Shown in pieces: positions 10,215 through 19,957 of a DNA stretch of 64,000 nt. The first letter of the stretch is position 1, and every line of letters starts with the position of its first letter. The stretch comes from an uncultured Methylomirabilota bacterium. GTDB taxonomy: Bacteria; Methylomirabilota; Methylomirabilia; Methylomirabilales; 2-02-FULL-66-22. A program made the translations under genes and the position numbers. The DNA lies in assembly GCA_963705305.1 (NCBI GenBank), contig OY970067.1:2304001-2368000 (forward strand), read 5' to 3'. The notes beneath the pieces were generated by a model. The model ran no database searches and was not told the origin of the DNA. It saw only the letters and a program-made list of their open reading frames with translations.

Positions 10215-10731
10215 TCACCGGGCGGCCAGCGGCGTCCAGCTGTTGAGGAAGACGTTCGAACACCGGGCGGCCGCGCACAAAGCTGTCCGGCGGAGCCACG
10301 TACATGAAATCCAGAAGGCATCCGTGATGGCGCAGGGTCACCCCCTCGACCTCGACGGGTGCCCCATCCAGCGTGGCCAGGAGATGGACGCGGACCCCCT
10401 CGTCGCCATGCAGCCGGATATCCTCCTGCTGGAGAATGCGGGGATTCTTTAGGCCGAAGTAGAGATGACGCGCCACCCAGGACAGAGTTCCGGACTCGGG
10501 ATTCTCGCAGCCCGTCCGGAGCGCCAGCGCCGCGCCGAGTCCGGGATCACGGTATGCTAGGGCGGCCCCCTTGAGATCCAGGGGGACCCAGCCGTGCGGC
10601 AGGCCCACCTGAAAGTCGTGCGTGATGTCGCGATACACCCCGTCCACGATCCGACCGGTCGCGCACCCGGCGCTCAACGGGAGCAGGACGAGCAGCAGTC
10701 CGGCCGGCATCCATGCGCTGAAGCGAGGCAT
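10215..10731 (-). CDS. Lipoprotein of unknown function, apparent +1 frameshift near the 3' end
   Basis: Lipobox LSAG-C. Removing one base near 10251-10254 gives a natural end ...VFExFLNSWTPLAAR* at 10215; otherwise the frame runs through low-complexity sequence to 10099. Confidence 0.65.
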
Positions 10732-10823
10732 CTGGGGCCCTTCGCCCGCGGCGGTCGCAATTCGGCGGCCGCGAAGACGGCGCTTTCCGGGGGTTCCGCG
10801 TCCCTCAGGCGCGGCGAATCGGG

Positions 10824-11609
10824 CTACATCCTACTGGACAGTGGAGGCGTCGTCAAGGCGGCCCACGCCGTCAGGGCCGCGGGAATGCCGCGCCGCAGGG
10901 CGCGCCGGGCCTGTCCGGCGGCTCGCGCCATCTGGGGGAGGATGCTCCGCTCCTCCCGCCCCGCCAGCAGGAAAGCAAGCAGGCCGCGCCAGCACAGGCG
11001 GCCGCCGGGGGTGGTGCATGCCGCGAGGGCGGGCGGCAGGGCGAGTGCCACCGGATCCAGGATGGCTTTGATGGCACACCATGGGAGGCGCAATTCGCGC
11101 GCGGCCGCCGCCACCCCGGCGGCCTCCATATCCACCGCGACGGCGCCGGTGCCGCCATGGGCGGCCCGCTTGGCCTCCGGGGTCCTCAGGGGCGCGGCGG
11201 TTGTGAGGAGGCGCCCGACATGGCCGGCGATGCCGGCCTCGCGGATGGCCGCGCAGACGAGGCTGGGGGCCGACGCCGGGCTGGCGATGTGTTCCGCCCG
11301 GCGGCCGTCCTGCTCCAGGACGCAGGTCGGGCACACCAGATCGCCGGGACGGAGGCCGTCGATCAGGCCGCCCGCGAAGCCGACCGACCACACGGAGTGC
11401 AGAGGCAGCCGGCGGGCGGCGGTCAGGACCGCCTGGCGTGCTCGCTCCGCGCCGAGGCCGGACTGCATCAGCACCACGGGCTGCCGTCCGTGCTGCCCGA
11501 AAACGGCCGGGAAGCCGTCGAGCCGGCGGCGACGAGCCGGCCGCAGGCAGGACCGCAGGGTCCGCCGCTCCTGTCCCAGGGCCACGACCACAAGCAGGTG
11601 GGAAGTCAT
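10824..11609 (-). CDS. hpnG: Hopanoid-associated nucleoside phosphorylase/nucleosidase
   Basis: PNP/MTAN fold motifs SGLG, SVGFAGGL, GDLV, AVDMEAAGVA, KAILD; directly downstream of shc. Confidence 0.8.
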   Translation of the reverse strand: MTSHLLVVVALGQERRTLRSCLRPARRRRLDGFPAVFGQHGRQPVVLMQSGLGAERARQAVLTAARRLPLHSVWSVGFAGGLIDGLRPGDLVCPTCVLEQDGRRAEHIASPASAPSLVCAAIREAGIAGHVGRLLTTAAPLRTPEAKRAAHGGTGAVAVDMEAAGVAAAARELRLPWCAIKAILDPVALALPPALAACTTPGGRLCWRGLLAFLLAGREERSILPQMARAAGQARRALRRGIPAALTAWAALTTPPLSSRM

Positions 11610-11698
11610 GAGCGGGCGCGGAGAACCAGGCCGGGCCGGGGGGAGGCGTCCAGGCAGCGGGCCCACGCGACAGTCGCCATGGGAATCGCCCCGGAGGA

Positions 11699-13708
11699 TC
11701 AAGCCGGCGTTGGACCGAACCGGGGCGGGCTGACCAGTGGGGCCACCGTCCCTGTCGGCCGACTTCCAGCCAAATCCATCACATGCTGGCGGTACAAGGC
11801 GAGCGCCCAGACCGGGAAGTAGGCGGGATACCCGTGGTAGCGGAGATAGAAGACCCGGGGGAACCCCGCCCCGGTGAACTCCGCCTCCTCCCAGAGGCCG
11901 TCGGGCCGCTGGCTGTCCGCCAGGAAACGGATGCCGCGCGCCACCGCGGGGTGGGCCGCCTCGCCGGCGTGGAGCAGGGCCAGCAGGGCCCACGCCGTTT
12001 GGGAGGCGGTGCTCTTGCCCATCCCCGCTGTGCGAGGGTTATCGTAGGAGAAGCAGGATTCCCCCCATCCTCCATCCGGGTTCTGGCGGCTCAGCAGCCA
12101 GTCCACGGCCTTGCGGATGTAGGGCTGGCCGAGGTCCTCGCCGATGGAGCGCAGGCCGGCCAGGACAGACCAGGTTCCGTAGATGTAGTTAACGCCCCAC
12201 CGGCCGTACCACGACCCGTTCGGCTGCTGCCTGGTCTTGAGGAAGGCGATGGCCCTCGCCACGGCCGGCTCATCCGGGCGGAAACCGAAATACCCCAGCG
12301 CCTCCAGGACGCGCCCGGCCAGATCCTCGGTGCTGGGGTCCATCAGGGCGCCGTGGTCCGCGAAGGGGATGCGATTGAAAACCATCCGGTTGTTGTCCCG
12401 GTCGTACGCCCCCCAGCCGCCGTCCCTCCCCTGGAGGGCCAGCACCCAGTTCAGACCCTTGGCCATGCTGCGGGTCTTGGCCTCCTCGTCCAGTGTGCGG
12501 ATCTTGCGCAGTGCCGTGAGGACGACCGCCGAATCGTCCACATCGGGGTAGTAGGCATTCTCGAACTGGAAGGCCCAGCCGCCCGGGGCCGTGCCCGACG
12601 CCTTGAACTGCCAGTCCCCGGGGCAGGTCGTCTGCATGGACAGCAGCCATTCCCCTGCCCGGACCAGGGCGGGATGGTCGGCCGGGAGGCCTGCGGCGAT
12701 CAGGGTGTTGACGGCTAGGGCGGTATCCCAGACCGGGCCGACGCAGGGTTGCACGCGCAGAGTCTCGTCCGTCTCGATCCGCAAGGCGTCGATCTCACCC
12801 ATGGCCTTCCGGACGGTCGGATGGTCCAGAGGGTATCCGAGGGAGATCAGGGCGATCACCGAGTTGATCATGGCCGGGAAGATGCCCCCCAGGCCGCCCG
12901 CGCCCTGCATCCGCTCCACCATCCAGCGCTCGGCGACATGGACGGCGCGCCGCCGGAGGGGGGTGCGGACAAAGCGGTCATGGAGCCGGAGGACGCGGTC
13001 CACGACCAGGAAGAAATTCCGCCAGGTGAATGTCCGGGGATCGCGGGGCAGCGAGAAGTCCGCGCGGATCCGCGGCACCAGGAAGAGCTCGTCCAGGCGG
13101 TGCTGCGGGGCCACGGGCCGCACCGGCCGCCGGGCAAAAATAATCAAGAGCGGCACCAGGACCGTCCGGGACCAGTAGGAGATCGTGTAAAGGTTGAAGT
13201 AGGCCCAGCGCGGCAACAGGCAGATCTCCACCGGCATGCAGGGCACGCCGGCCCACTCGTACTCGCCGAAGAGGGCCAGGAGGATCTTGGTGAAGACGTT
13301 GACGCGCGTGATCCCGCCCAGCTCGAGCACGCGCTGGCGCGCCCTGGCCATCCGGGGGTCGGCGCCAGGGACCCCGGCGAGCTTCAGGGCAAAGTACGCC
13401 TTGACGGTGGCGCTGATGTCGGCGGGACCGTTCTGGTAGATCGGCCACCCGCCGTCCGGGAGCTGGCTGGACTGGAGGTGGCGGACGGCCTTCCGCTCGA
13501 GGACGGGGTCGGCGGTCCCCAGCCAGCGGCGGAACAGCAAGTACTCGGCCGTAATGGTGACGTCCGCCTGCAGCTCGAAATGCCAGAAGCCCGCCGGCTG
13601 CTGGAGCGCCAGCAGGCGCTCGATCCCCCGCTGGAGGGCGGGCTCGACGTCGGCATGTGCCTGGGAGCGCGCCGCGGGGCGCGCCGTGCGGAGTGGACGG
13701 GGATTCAC
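11699..13708 (-). CDS. shc: Squalene-hopene cyclase
   Basis: Catalytic DVDDSA (DxDD) motif, QW repeats (QLPDGGW, QGRDGGW, QQPNGSWYGRWG, QNPDGGWGES, QRPDGLW), GFPRVFYLRYHGY. Confidence 0.97.
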   Translation of the reverse strand: MNPRPLRTARPAARSQAHADVEPALQRGIERLLALQQPAGFWHFELQADVTITAEYLLFRRWLGTADPVLERKAVRHLQSSQLPDGGWPIYQNGPADISATVKAYFALKLAGVPGADPRMARARQRVLELGGITRVNVFTKILLALFGEYEWAGVPCMPVEICLLPRWAYFNLYTISYWSRTVLVPLLIIFARRPVRPVAPQHRLDELFLVPRIRADFSLPRDPRTFTWRNFFLVVDRVLRLHDRFVRTPLRRRAVHVAERWMVERMQGAGGLGGIFPAMINSVIALISLGYPLDHPTVRKAMGEIDALRIETDETLRVQPCVGPVWDTALAVNTLIAAGLPADHPALVRAGEWLLSMQTTCPGDWQFKASGTAPGGWAFQFENAYYPDVDDSAVVLTALRKIRTLDEEAKTRSMAKGLNWVLALQGRDGGWGAYDRDNNRMVFNRIPFADHGALMDPSTEDLAGRVLEALGYFGFRPDEPAVARAIAFLKTRQQPNGSWYGRWGVNYIYGTWSVLAGLRSIGEDLGQPYIRKAVDWLLSRQNPDGGWGESCFSYDNPRTAGMGKSTASQTAWALLALLHAGEAAHPAVARGIRFLADSQRPDGLWEEAEFTGAGFPRVFYLRYHGYPAYFPVWALALYRQHVMDLAGSRPTGTVAPLVSPPRFGPTPA

Positions 13709-13721
13709 AGGGCCTCCGGCG

Positions 13722-14723
13722 TCAGACGAGGTTCCAACGGACCATCTCCCACAGATCTTTCCATCGCTTCCCGACCTCTCGAATGACCGTGGGCTCGAAG
13801 CCGCTGTGCATCATGCAGTTGGTGCAGCGCTCGTCGCGCTTGTTCTCGTACTTCTCCCAATCGGTCTTCGTCATCAGCTCGTCGAACGTCTTGTAGTGCG
13901 CGTCGGTGATGAGGTAGCAGGGCCCCTTCCAGCCCCGTGGATTGTAGTTGGGATTTCCCCAGGGGGAACACTTCAACTCGCGCTCGCCCTTGAGGAAGCG
14001 GAGGTACATGGGAGTGCTCAGGAGGCGATAGCGCTTGGCCAGTTCCCAGACCCGCTGGAATTTCTCATGCGTCTGCCGCTTTTCCAGGAAGATATCCCGC
14101 CCCTTCAGGATCGCGTACTCGTAGGCGGGAGAGACCAGGAAGCCGTCCACACCGATGGCCTCCAGCTCGGCGAAGAGCGCCTCGATCTCCTCGATCCTGG
14201 TCTCCTTGTAGATCGTGGTGTTCGTCACGATGCGAAAGCCCATGGATTTGGCCAGCTTGATCATGCGGATGTCGATCTTGTACAGCCCCGTACGGGATCG
14301 CACCAGGTCGTGGGTGGCCTCCAGGCCGTCCATGGAGATATTGATGGTGAGGTACGGGCTGGGCCGCCACTGGGGAAGCCACTTGTCGAGCTTGATGGCG
14401 TTGGTGCACAGGTACACGAACTTCTTCCGGCGCAGGAGCTCTGAGACCAGATCGCCCAGGTGGGGGTAGATGGTCGGCTCGCCCCCGCAGATCGAGACGA
14501 TGGGGGCGCCGCACTCCTCCACGGCCTTCAGGCAGGTCTCCAGCGGCATCATGTCCCGGATGGTGCTCTCGAACTCCCGGATCTTGCCGCACCCCTCGCA
14601 CGCCAGGTTGCAGAGGTGGGTCGGCTCCAGCATCAGCACGAACGGGTACCGCTTGCGCCCCCGCAGGGCGTTCGCCAGGATGTACTTGGTCAGCGTGTAA
14701 TGCAGCTGAACGGGAAACCTCAT
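13722..14723 (-). CDS. hpnH: Adenosyl-hopene transferase, radical SAM
   Basis: YPFVLMLEPTHLCNLACEGCGKI (CxxxCxxC), GGEP, CSPWGNP, CTNCMMHSGFE; adjacent to shc. Confidence 0.93.
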   Translation of the reverse strand: MRFPVQLHYTLTKYILANALRGRKRYPFVLMLEPTHLCNLACEGCGKIREFESTIRDMMPLETCLKAVEECGAPIVSICGGEPTIYPHLGDLVSELLRRKKFVYLCTNAIKLDKWLPQWRPSPYLTINISMDGLEATHDLVRSRTGLYKIDIRMIKLAKSMGFRIVTNTTIYKETRIEEIEALFAELEAIGVDGFLVSPAYEYAILKGRDIFLEKRQTHEKFQRVWELAKRYRLLSTPMYLRFLKGERELKCSPWGNPNYNPRGWKGPCYLITDAHYKTFDELMTKTDWEKYENKRDERCTNCMMHSGFEPTVIREVGKRWKDLWEMVRWNLV

Positions 14724-15511
14724 GCGCGTATCCCCTCCCCTCGCGGCCGCCAGGTATAAAACCTCAAACCCGCGAGGATTGCAAGCGTCCAGATCGCGAC
14801 CGGTGTCGCCAGAGCCAGCCCCGTCAATCCCAGCCGCCACTCGCCGATGGCGAAGGTCACGCCGAGGTTGAACGCCAGGACGATGAAATACAGGGCCGGG
14901 CACAACAGGGCACGCCCGCGGCAGCCGATCAGCCCCGTCGCCGGAAGCCGGCGCTCCCAGGCGTGGTACAACCCCGCGGCCACCAGACCCACCACCGCCC
15001 AGCCGAGGAAGTTGGCCAGCGGAACGCCAAAATAAATCCCCGGCTCGGGGTAGCCGTAGATCCGACCCAGAAACCACCGGTCCCCGCGAAGGGCGACCGG
15101 ATCGATCGCGACATCCGCCAGGACGAACAGGCAGACGGCGACCAGGATGTGCGCCGCTCGGGACGGACGGCTGCCGGCGCCCGGGCGTCCCGGGACCAGC
15201 AGGAGCCAAGCCAGCCCGTAGCTGGCCGCCAGGAGGAACGAGAACGAGAGCGAATCAAAGAACGGCACCCCAAAGATCCACAGCTCGCGATGGGCTGTCG
15301 TCGGCACATAATAATACCACCCGAATGGGATTCCCGTCCGGATAGAACTGGCCTCTGCCACGAAGGCCACCGCCCACGTGATCACCGTGAAGGCCGTCGT
15401 GCGTCGCCAGCCCAGGAGCCCGCTGGTCCCCAACAGGTGGACGGTCAGGAAAGCGAACACATACGGGCGGAGCCACAGGCTGCCAAGCAGCAGCCGCGGG
15501 ACATCGCTCAT
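14720..15511 (-). CDS. CruF/DUF422-like 'carotenoid biosynthesis' membrane protein
   Basis: AEASSIRTGIPFGWYYY, IFGVP, DVAIDPVA, YFGVPLANFLGW match the CruF-family pattern; the stop overlaps the hpnH start (ATGA). Confidence 0.8.
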   Translation of the reverse strand: MSDVPRLLLGSLWLRPYVFAFLTVHLLGTSGLLGWRRTTAFTVITWAVAFVAEASSIRTGIPFGWYYYVPTTAHRELWIFGVPFFDSLSFSFLLAASYGLAWLLLVPGRPGAGSRPSRAAHILVAVCLFVLADVAIDPVALRGDRWFLGRIYGYPEPGIYFGVPLANFLGWAVVGLVAAGLYHAWERRLPATGLIGCRGRALLCPALYFIVLAFNLGVTFAIGEWRLGLTGLALATPVAIWTLAILAGLRFYTWRPRGEGIRA

Positions 15512-15569
15512 GCGCGCTTAACGGGGCGCGGTCGTGCCCGCCGACACCCCCTCCCATGGCGAACCGACA

Positions 15570-16571
15570 TCATCCGGCGGGCGCGTAGCCGTTGGCCCGG
15601 AACCAGCACACGGCCCGCGCCAGCGCGTCCTCGACCGGGGATTGGATCAGGCCCAGCTCGCGGACGGCCTTTGTCGAGTCGAACCACATGACCTTTTGCG
15701 CCATGCGCACGGCGTCCACGGCGATGAGAGGCGGCCGCCCCGTCCAATGATCCGCGATCCACTCGGAGAGGTGGGCCAAGGGGAGGATCAGCCCCGCCGA
15801 CACTCGGAGGCGGGGCGGGCGAATGCCCGCGATCCGTCCCAGCAGCGCGAAGATCTCCCGCAAGGTGTGGTTTCGCCCGCCGAGGATGTACCGCTCACCC
15901 GACCGGCCGCGCAGGGCCGCCAGCAAGTGTCCTGCCGCGACGTTCTCCACGTCCACGAGATTCAAGCCGGTGGGGAGGTACGCCCACATCCGCCCGTGCA
16001 GGAAGTCGACGATCATCTGACCGGTCGGTGTGGGCTTGAGGTCACCCGGCCCTACCGGCGTGCTGGGGTTGACGATCACCACCGCGAGACCCCGCCGTGC
16101 GTACTCGCGCGCCACCTCCTCGGCCAGGAACTTGGATCGCTTGTAATCCCCCGCCATCTCCGCCAGCGTGACGGGGGTCTCTTCGGTCCCGGGCTGTCCG
16201 CTCTTGGGGATTCCGAGCGCCCCCACCGTACTGGTATATACAACCCGGGACACCCCGGCCTGGGCGGCTTCCTCCAGAATGCGGCGAGTTCCCTCCACAT
16301 TGATGGTATAAAACTGCCGCCGGTCCCGCGCCCACAAGCTATATAAGGCAGCGACGTGAAACAGCAACCGGCAGCCCGACAGCGCATGGCGCAAGGCCTC
16401 GCTGTCGCCGAGGTCGCCGACAACCGTTTCTACGGAGAGCTGGTCCAGCAGTCGACGGTCGCTCTGGGGCCGCACCAGGGCCCGGACCTGATGGCCGGCG
16501 GAGAGCAGGTGCCGGATCACCGCTGCCCCGACAAATCCTGTTCCGCCCGTTACGACCGTGAGGTCGCCCAC
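15570..16571 (-). CDS. hpnA: Hopanoid-associated NAD-dependent epimerase/dehydratase
   Basis: VTGGTGFVG, FHVAALY, YTSTV, YKRSK, VNPSTPVGPGDLKPTPTG; GTG start after a GGAGG RBS. Confidence 0.92.
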   Translation of the reverse strand: MGDLTVVTGGTGFVGAAVIRHLLSAGHQVRALVRPQSDRRLLDQLSVETVVGDLGDSEALRHALSGCRLLFHVAALYSLWARDRRQFYTINVEGTRRILEEAAQAGVSRVVYTSTVGALGIPKSGQPGTEETPVTLAEMAGDYKRSKFLAEEVAREYARRGLAVVIVNPSTPVGPGDLKPTPTGQMIVDFLHGRMWAYLPTGLNLVDVENVAAGHLLAALRGRSGERYILGGRNHTLREIFALLGRIAGIRPPRLRVSAGLILPLAHLSEWIADHWTGRPPLIAVDAVRMAQKVMWFDSTKAVRELGLIQSPVEDALARAVCWFRANGYAPAG

Positions 16572-16763
16572 ACATGCCTCCGACTTCCCGGAAGGGTGGG
16601 CGGCAGGATAGGTACCCCCGTTCGCCGAGGCCCGGGATCCTCGCGTTCGTATGCATTTGTACCACGAGACCGGTCGAAAATCAAACCTTCCGCCGCGCTG
16701 CGGGGGGACGGCCTCGTGCCGCTCCGCAGACGAACCCTCCCGGTGTGCGTCTGCGCAAAACCA

Positions 16764-16792
16764 TTGACATTTCGCCGACCTGCTGTTATGCA
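16764..16792 (+). promoter_or_regulatory. Putative sigma-70 promoter
   Basis: TTGACA-N17-TATGCA with a TG extension, upstream of the GGAGGAG RBS and the ATG at 16849. Confidence 0.5.
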
Positions 16793-16848
16793 TTCCAAGA
16801 CCGCGGGCGTCGCTCCACGCCAGGACCTGTATCCATGGAGGAGACACG

Positions 16849-17074
16849 ATGGCGATAGACGAGAACGTCGGTAAGGATCCGAGTGGTGACGCTGGCGGGT
16901 GTGATCGTCGGGAAGATGAGCAAGCCCAAGAACATCCGGACGCTGGATGCCCTGAATCTCAAAGGCGATTTCTTTGCCTTGACCGACGCAGCCCCCGAGG
17001 GCGAGCCGAATGCCAGCCCGGGATTTCTGGCCGTTAATAAGCGTCAGGTCATCTCGCTGGAAGAGCTTCCCTAG
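16849..17074 (+). CDS. Small cytoplasmic protein (DUF6812-like), frameshifted at ~16864
   Basis: Strong RBS at ATG 16849. Deleting one A gives MAIDETSVRIRVVTLAGVIVGKMSKPKNIRTLDALN...FFALTDA...FLAVNKRQVISLEELP. Confidence 0.6.
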
Positions 17075-17208
17075 CTGCTGTCCTCCCCCTGCCCGCAGGA
17101 TCGCTCCTGCTCGCAATCATCCGTGCCCGCGACGGCCCCGGTGTGTCCGGCGGCCGACCGGTCCGCCGCAGGCCAGCCGCCCGCCTCGGCCGGACTGTTT
17201 TCGGCCCC

Positions 17209-19035
17209 TCAGGTCAGATGCAGGGCCTTGAGGCGCTCCCGGGTCGGGGCGCCCGTCGCGTCCCAGCCCCGCAAGCGATAGTACTCGGAGAGCATCCGCT
17301 CCATGGCCTGTGGGTCGACGGGGCCGATGTCATCCCGTTGCGGAACCGTGAGCAGTCGGCGGGGCAGGACGTCATCCTTGCGCGACAGGCCGCGCCCGAC
17401 ATTGATCAGGCGCTTGGTGGTGAAGATCCGCTCGGCCGTCTGCATGAGCTCGCCGGGCGTCACCTTCCACCCCGTACAATAGTTCAGCCACTCCGCCATG
17501 GCGGTCGGGCCGTACGCCACCACGATGTAAAATTTGCAGATGCCCAGCCCGTCATAGAGGACCATCAGGTCGTGCATCTTCGCCGTGAGCTCGGCCTTGC
17601 CGTCCGGAATGTACGGATTCATGGGAGCCGTGTAGCCGAGGTCGGGGTAGGGCATTCCGCTCTCCGCGGTGAAGGTGACCCCCTCCATGTGGCAGGCGCC
17701 CCGGTTGGCCACCGCGTAGTTGAGCGCGTTGGACCAATAGGCGCGGGGATCGTGCATGGGGATCTCGACCCCTTTGACCTCCACCAGCATGTCTTCGAGC
17801 GCCTTGCCCAGCCGCGCGACTACCGCCCGCGTCCCGTCCGCCAGAACATCGCCGATCCCCTGGCGCGTTCCCATCTTACGGAGCAGAGCGATCATGGCCT
17901 CCCCGTCCCCCCAGGCCGGCCGGATTCCGTCCAGCTCCTGCTCGGTTACGAGCCCCTTCTCGAAGGCCTCCATGACCAGGGCGATGGTGTTTCCCGCCGA
18001 GATGGTGTCCAGGCCGTAGTCGTTGCACAGCTCGTTGCAGCGGCCGATCACCTCGGGTGAATCGTTCTCGCACATGCTGCCGAAGGCCCCGATGGTCTCG
18101 TACTCGGGGGCGTGGCCCACGGTGGTGCCGGGAATCTCGGTCACCAGGGTGCAGTTCGAGGGACAGGAGAGACAGGAGCGCTCGTGTTTTCCGTACTTCT
18201 TGAACATCGTCTGGCCCGAGATCCGCTCCGCCTTCTGGGTCCAGCGTCCCCCCAAGAAATTGCGGATGGGCATGTCTCCCACGGCCTCCGTGGCCATGAC
18301 GCCGCCTGCGGTTCCCAGCTCGAAGTTCCTTTTGAAGCGCTGCTTTTCCTTTCCACCGTAGGCGGCGGCGCGGCGCATCAAGCCGGTGGGATCCGCCACC
18401 GGGACCCCGCCGGTCCCGCGCACGACCACGGCCTTCAGGTGCTTGGAGCCCATGACGGCGCCCATGCCCGTGCGGCCGGCGGAGCGGGCGTATGTCCCCT
18501 CGAACATCACACACGCCATGCGACTGAGCTTTTCGCCGGCCGGTCCGATCGCTGCCACGATGGCGTCCTTATGGGTCTCCTGGAGCAGGCGCGCATCGGT
18601 TTCGAAGAACCCCGTGCCCCAGAGTTTCTCGGCCGGCCGGATCTCGACGCGGCCGTTCTCGATCCACACATACACAGGCTGTTTGGCCTTCCCCGTAAAG
18701 ATGACCCCGTCGTACCCGGCGTACTTCAACATGGGGGCCCAGGCCCCGCCCGCCCGCGCCTCTCCCCATGCGGTGGTCGCGGGCGAAAGCGCACACACGC
18801 TGGTCCGGTTGGCTCCCGGGACGATCGTCCCGCAGAGCAGGCCCGGCATGAAGCAGAGCGGATTCGAGAGATCCAGGGGACCGCGAATGCCCTTCAGCCG
18901 GTCGCGAATCAGCTTTGCTCCCAGCCCGCTCCCCGCCAGAAATGCGCGGGCCGTGGCCTCGTCGAAGTCCGTCGTGCCCACCTTCCCGGATGTCAAATCC
19001 ACCCAGAGCAGCCGCCCCATATATCCTTTGGGCAT
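17209..19035 (-). CDS. Aldehyde:ferredoxin oxidoreductase family protein (W/Mo-pterin)
   Basis: GYMGRLLWVDLT, IGPAGE, AGRTGMGAVMGSKHLKAV, CLSCPSNC, PEYET, DYGLDTIS, HDPR, NRGACH, DGLGICKF, YYRLRGWD. Confidence 0.95.
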   Translation of the reverse strand: MPKGYMGRLLWVDLTSGKVGTTDFDEATARAFLAGSGLGAKLIRDRLKGIRGPLDLSNPLCFMPGLLCGTIVPGANRTSVCALSPATTAWGEARAGGAWAPMLKYAGYDGVIFTGKAKQPVYVWIENGRVEIRPAEKLWGTGFFETDARLLQETHKDAIVAAIGPAGEKLSRMACVMFEGTYARSAGRTGMGAVMGSKHLKAVVVRGTGGVPVADPTGLMRRAAAYGGKEKQRFKRNFELGTAGGVMATEAVGDMPIRNFLGGRWTQKAERISGQTMFKKYGKHERSCLSCPSNCTLVTEIPGTTVGHAPEYETIGAFGSMCENDSPEVIGRCNELCNDYGLDTISAGNTIALVMEAFEKGLVTEQELDGIRPAWGDGEAMIALLRKMGTRQGIGDVLADGTRAVVARLGKALEDMLVEVKGVEIPMHDPRAYWSNALNYAVANRGACHMEGVTFTAESGMPYPDLGYTAPMNPYIPDGKAELTAKMHDLMVLYDGLGICKFYIVVAYGPTAMAEWLNYCTGWKVTPGELMQTAERIFTTKRLINVGRGLSRKDDVLPRRLLTVPQRDDIGPVDPQAMERMLSEYYRLRGWDATGAPTRERLKALHLT

Positions 19036-19308
19036 GGCGAATCCCCTTTATTTCCGATGGTTGTCCGACGGCATCCCCGAGTCGTCGCGGCGGTGATGCG
19101 GCGGCTGGCCTAGGATCCGAGGGGTTCGAAGTGCTTCGGGACACCGCGACGGGTGGGGGTCGACGGAACGTCGATCACGCCACGGGATCCCCTCCGAAGC
19201 GGAATTCTTGCAAAATCGGCGGATGGGCGCAAGCGAAATGCGGAGGGGGGCGGGCCGGGATGAGGCCGTCAGGAAAGATGGCAGGCGCATGAGCGGAATC
19301 CGGGAAAG

Positions 19309-19343
19309 CGAAACCGCCCGTCCCACAGGGACGGGCGGTTTCG
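19309..19343 (-). terminator. Intrinsic terminator-like hairpin downstream of pal
   Basis: 16-bp perfect inverted repeat CGAAACCGCCCGTCCC-aca-GGGACGGGCGGTTTCG, followed by CTTT on the minus strand. Confidence 0.75.
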
Positions 19344-19366
19344 GATTGAAACCGGGAACAGCAATC

Positions 19367-19957
19367 CTACTTGCCGGTGATCACGAAATGCCCCCGGCGG
19401 TTCCACTTCCACGCGCTCTCGTCGTGGCCGAGGACGAAGGGGCGCTCTTTCCCGTAGCTGATGGTGGCGATGTTGTCCGCCGGGACCCCGGCAGCCACCA
19501 GGTAATCCTTCACCGCCTTGGCCCGCCGCTCGCCCAGGCCGAGGTTGTACTCCGCCGTGCCGCGTTCGTCGCAGTGGCCCTCCACCGTGATCTTCGCGCC
19601 GGCGTTTTCCTTCAACCAGGCGATGTCGGCGCTCAGGGCGCTCTTCTGATCGTCCCGGATGGCGGACTTGTCAAAGTCGAAGAAGACATCCTGGAGCGGC
19701 GAGGCGGTCACCTGGGGGGCAGGGGCGGCCGACGCCGGCGTCACGGGCGTGGCGCTGGGCGGCGTGGCCCGGGTCACCGGGGTCTCGCCGGTGCGCGGGG
19801 CCGGAGCCGCGGGTGCCGGGGCCGTGGCCGCGGACGGGCCGACGGCCCCCGGGCCGGCCTGGGCGACCTCGGGCCGCTTGGGACAACCCAGAAGGGCCAG
19901 GGAGCCCACGAGGACGCCCACGGTGAAGAGGATGTGCATGCTTGAACGAACTCGCAT
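19367..19957 (-). CDS. pal: Peptidoglycan-associated lipoprotein
   Basis: Lipobox LLG-C, Pro/Ala linker, DVFFDFDKS, VEGHCDERGTAEYNLGLGERRA, ISYGKERP, NRR. Confidence 0.95.
   Translation of the reverse strand: MRVRSSMHILFTVGVLVGSLALLGCPKRPEVAQAGPGAVGPSAATAPAPAAPAPRTGETPVTRATPPSATPVTPASAAPAPQVTASPLQDVFFDFDKSAIRDDQKSALSADIAWLKENAGAKITVEGHCDERGTAEYNLGLGERRAKAVKDYLVAAGVPADNIATISYGKERPFVLGHDESAWKWNRRGHFVITGK

Noticed and set aside
13722..15209. Extended N-termini given by the ORF track (hpnH here; likewise hpnG, hpnA, pgl, rpiA, caiB, DUF1634)
   Set aside because: The extensions overlap upstream genes or lack an RBS; starts were trimmed to family-consistent positions.
19036..19200. Moco/Wco riboswitch upstream of the aldehyde oxidoreductase
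   Set aside because: Only a CCTAGG-like fragment is present; the other conserved elements could not be found by eye.
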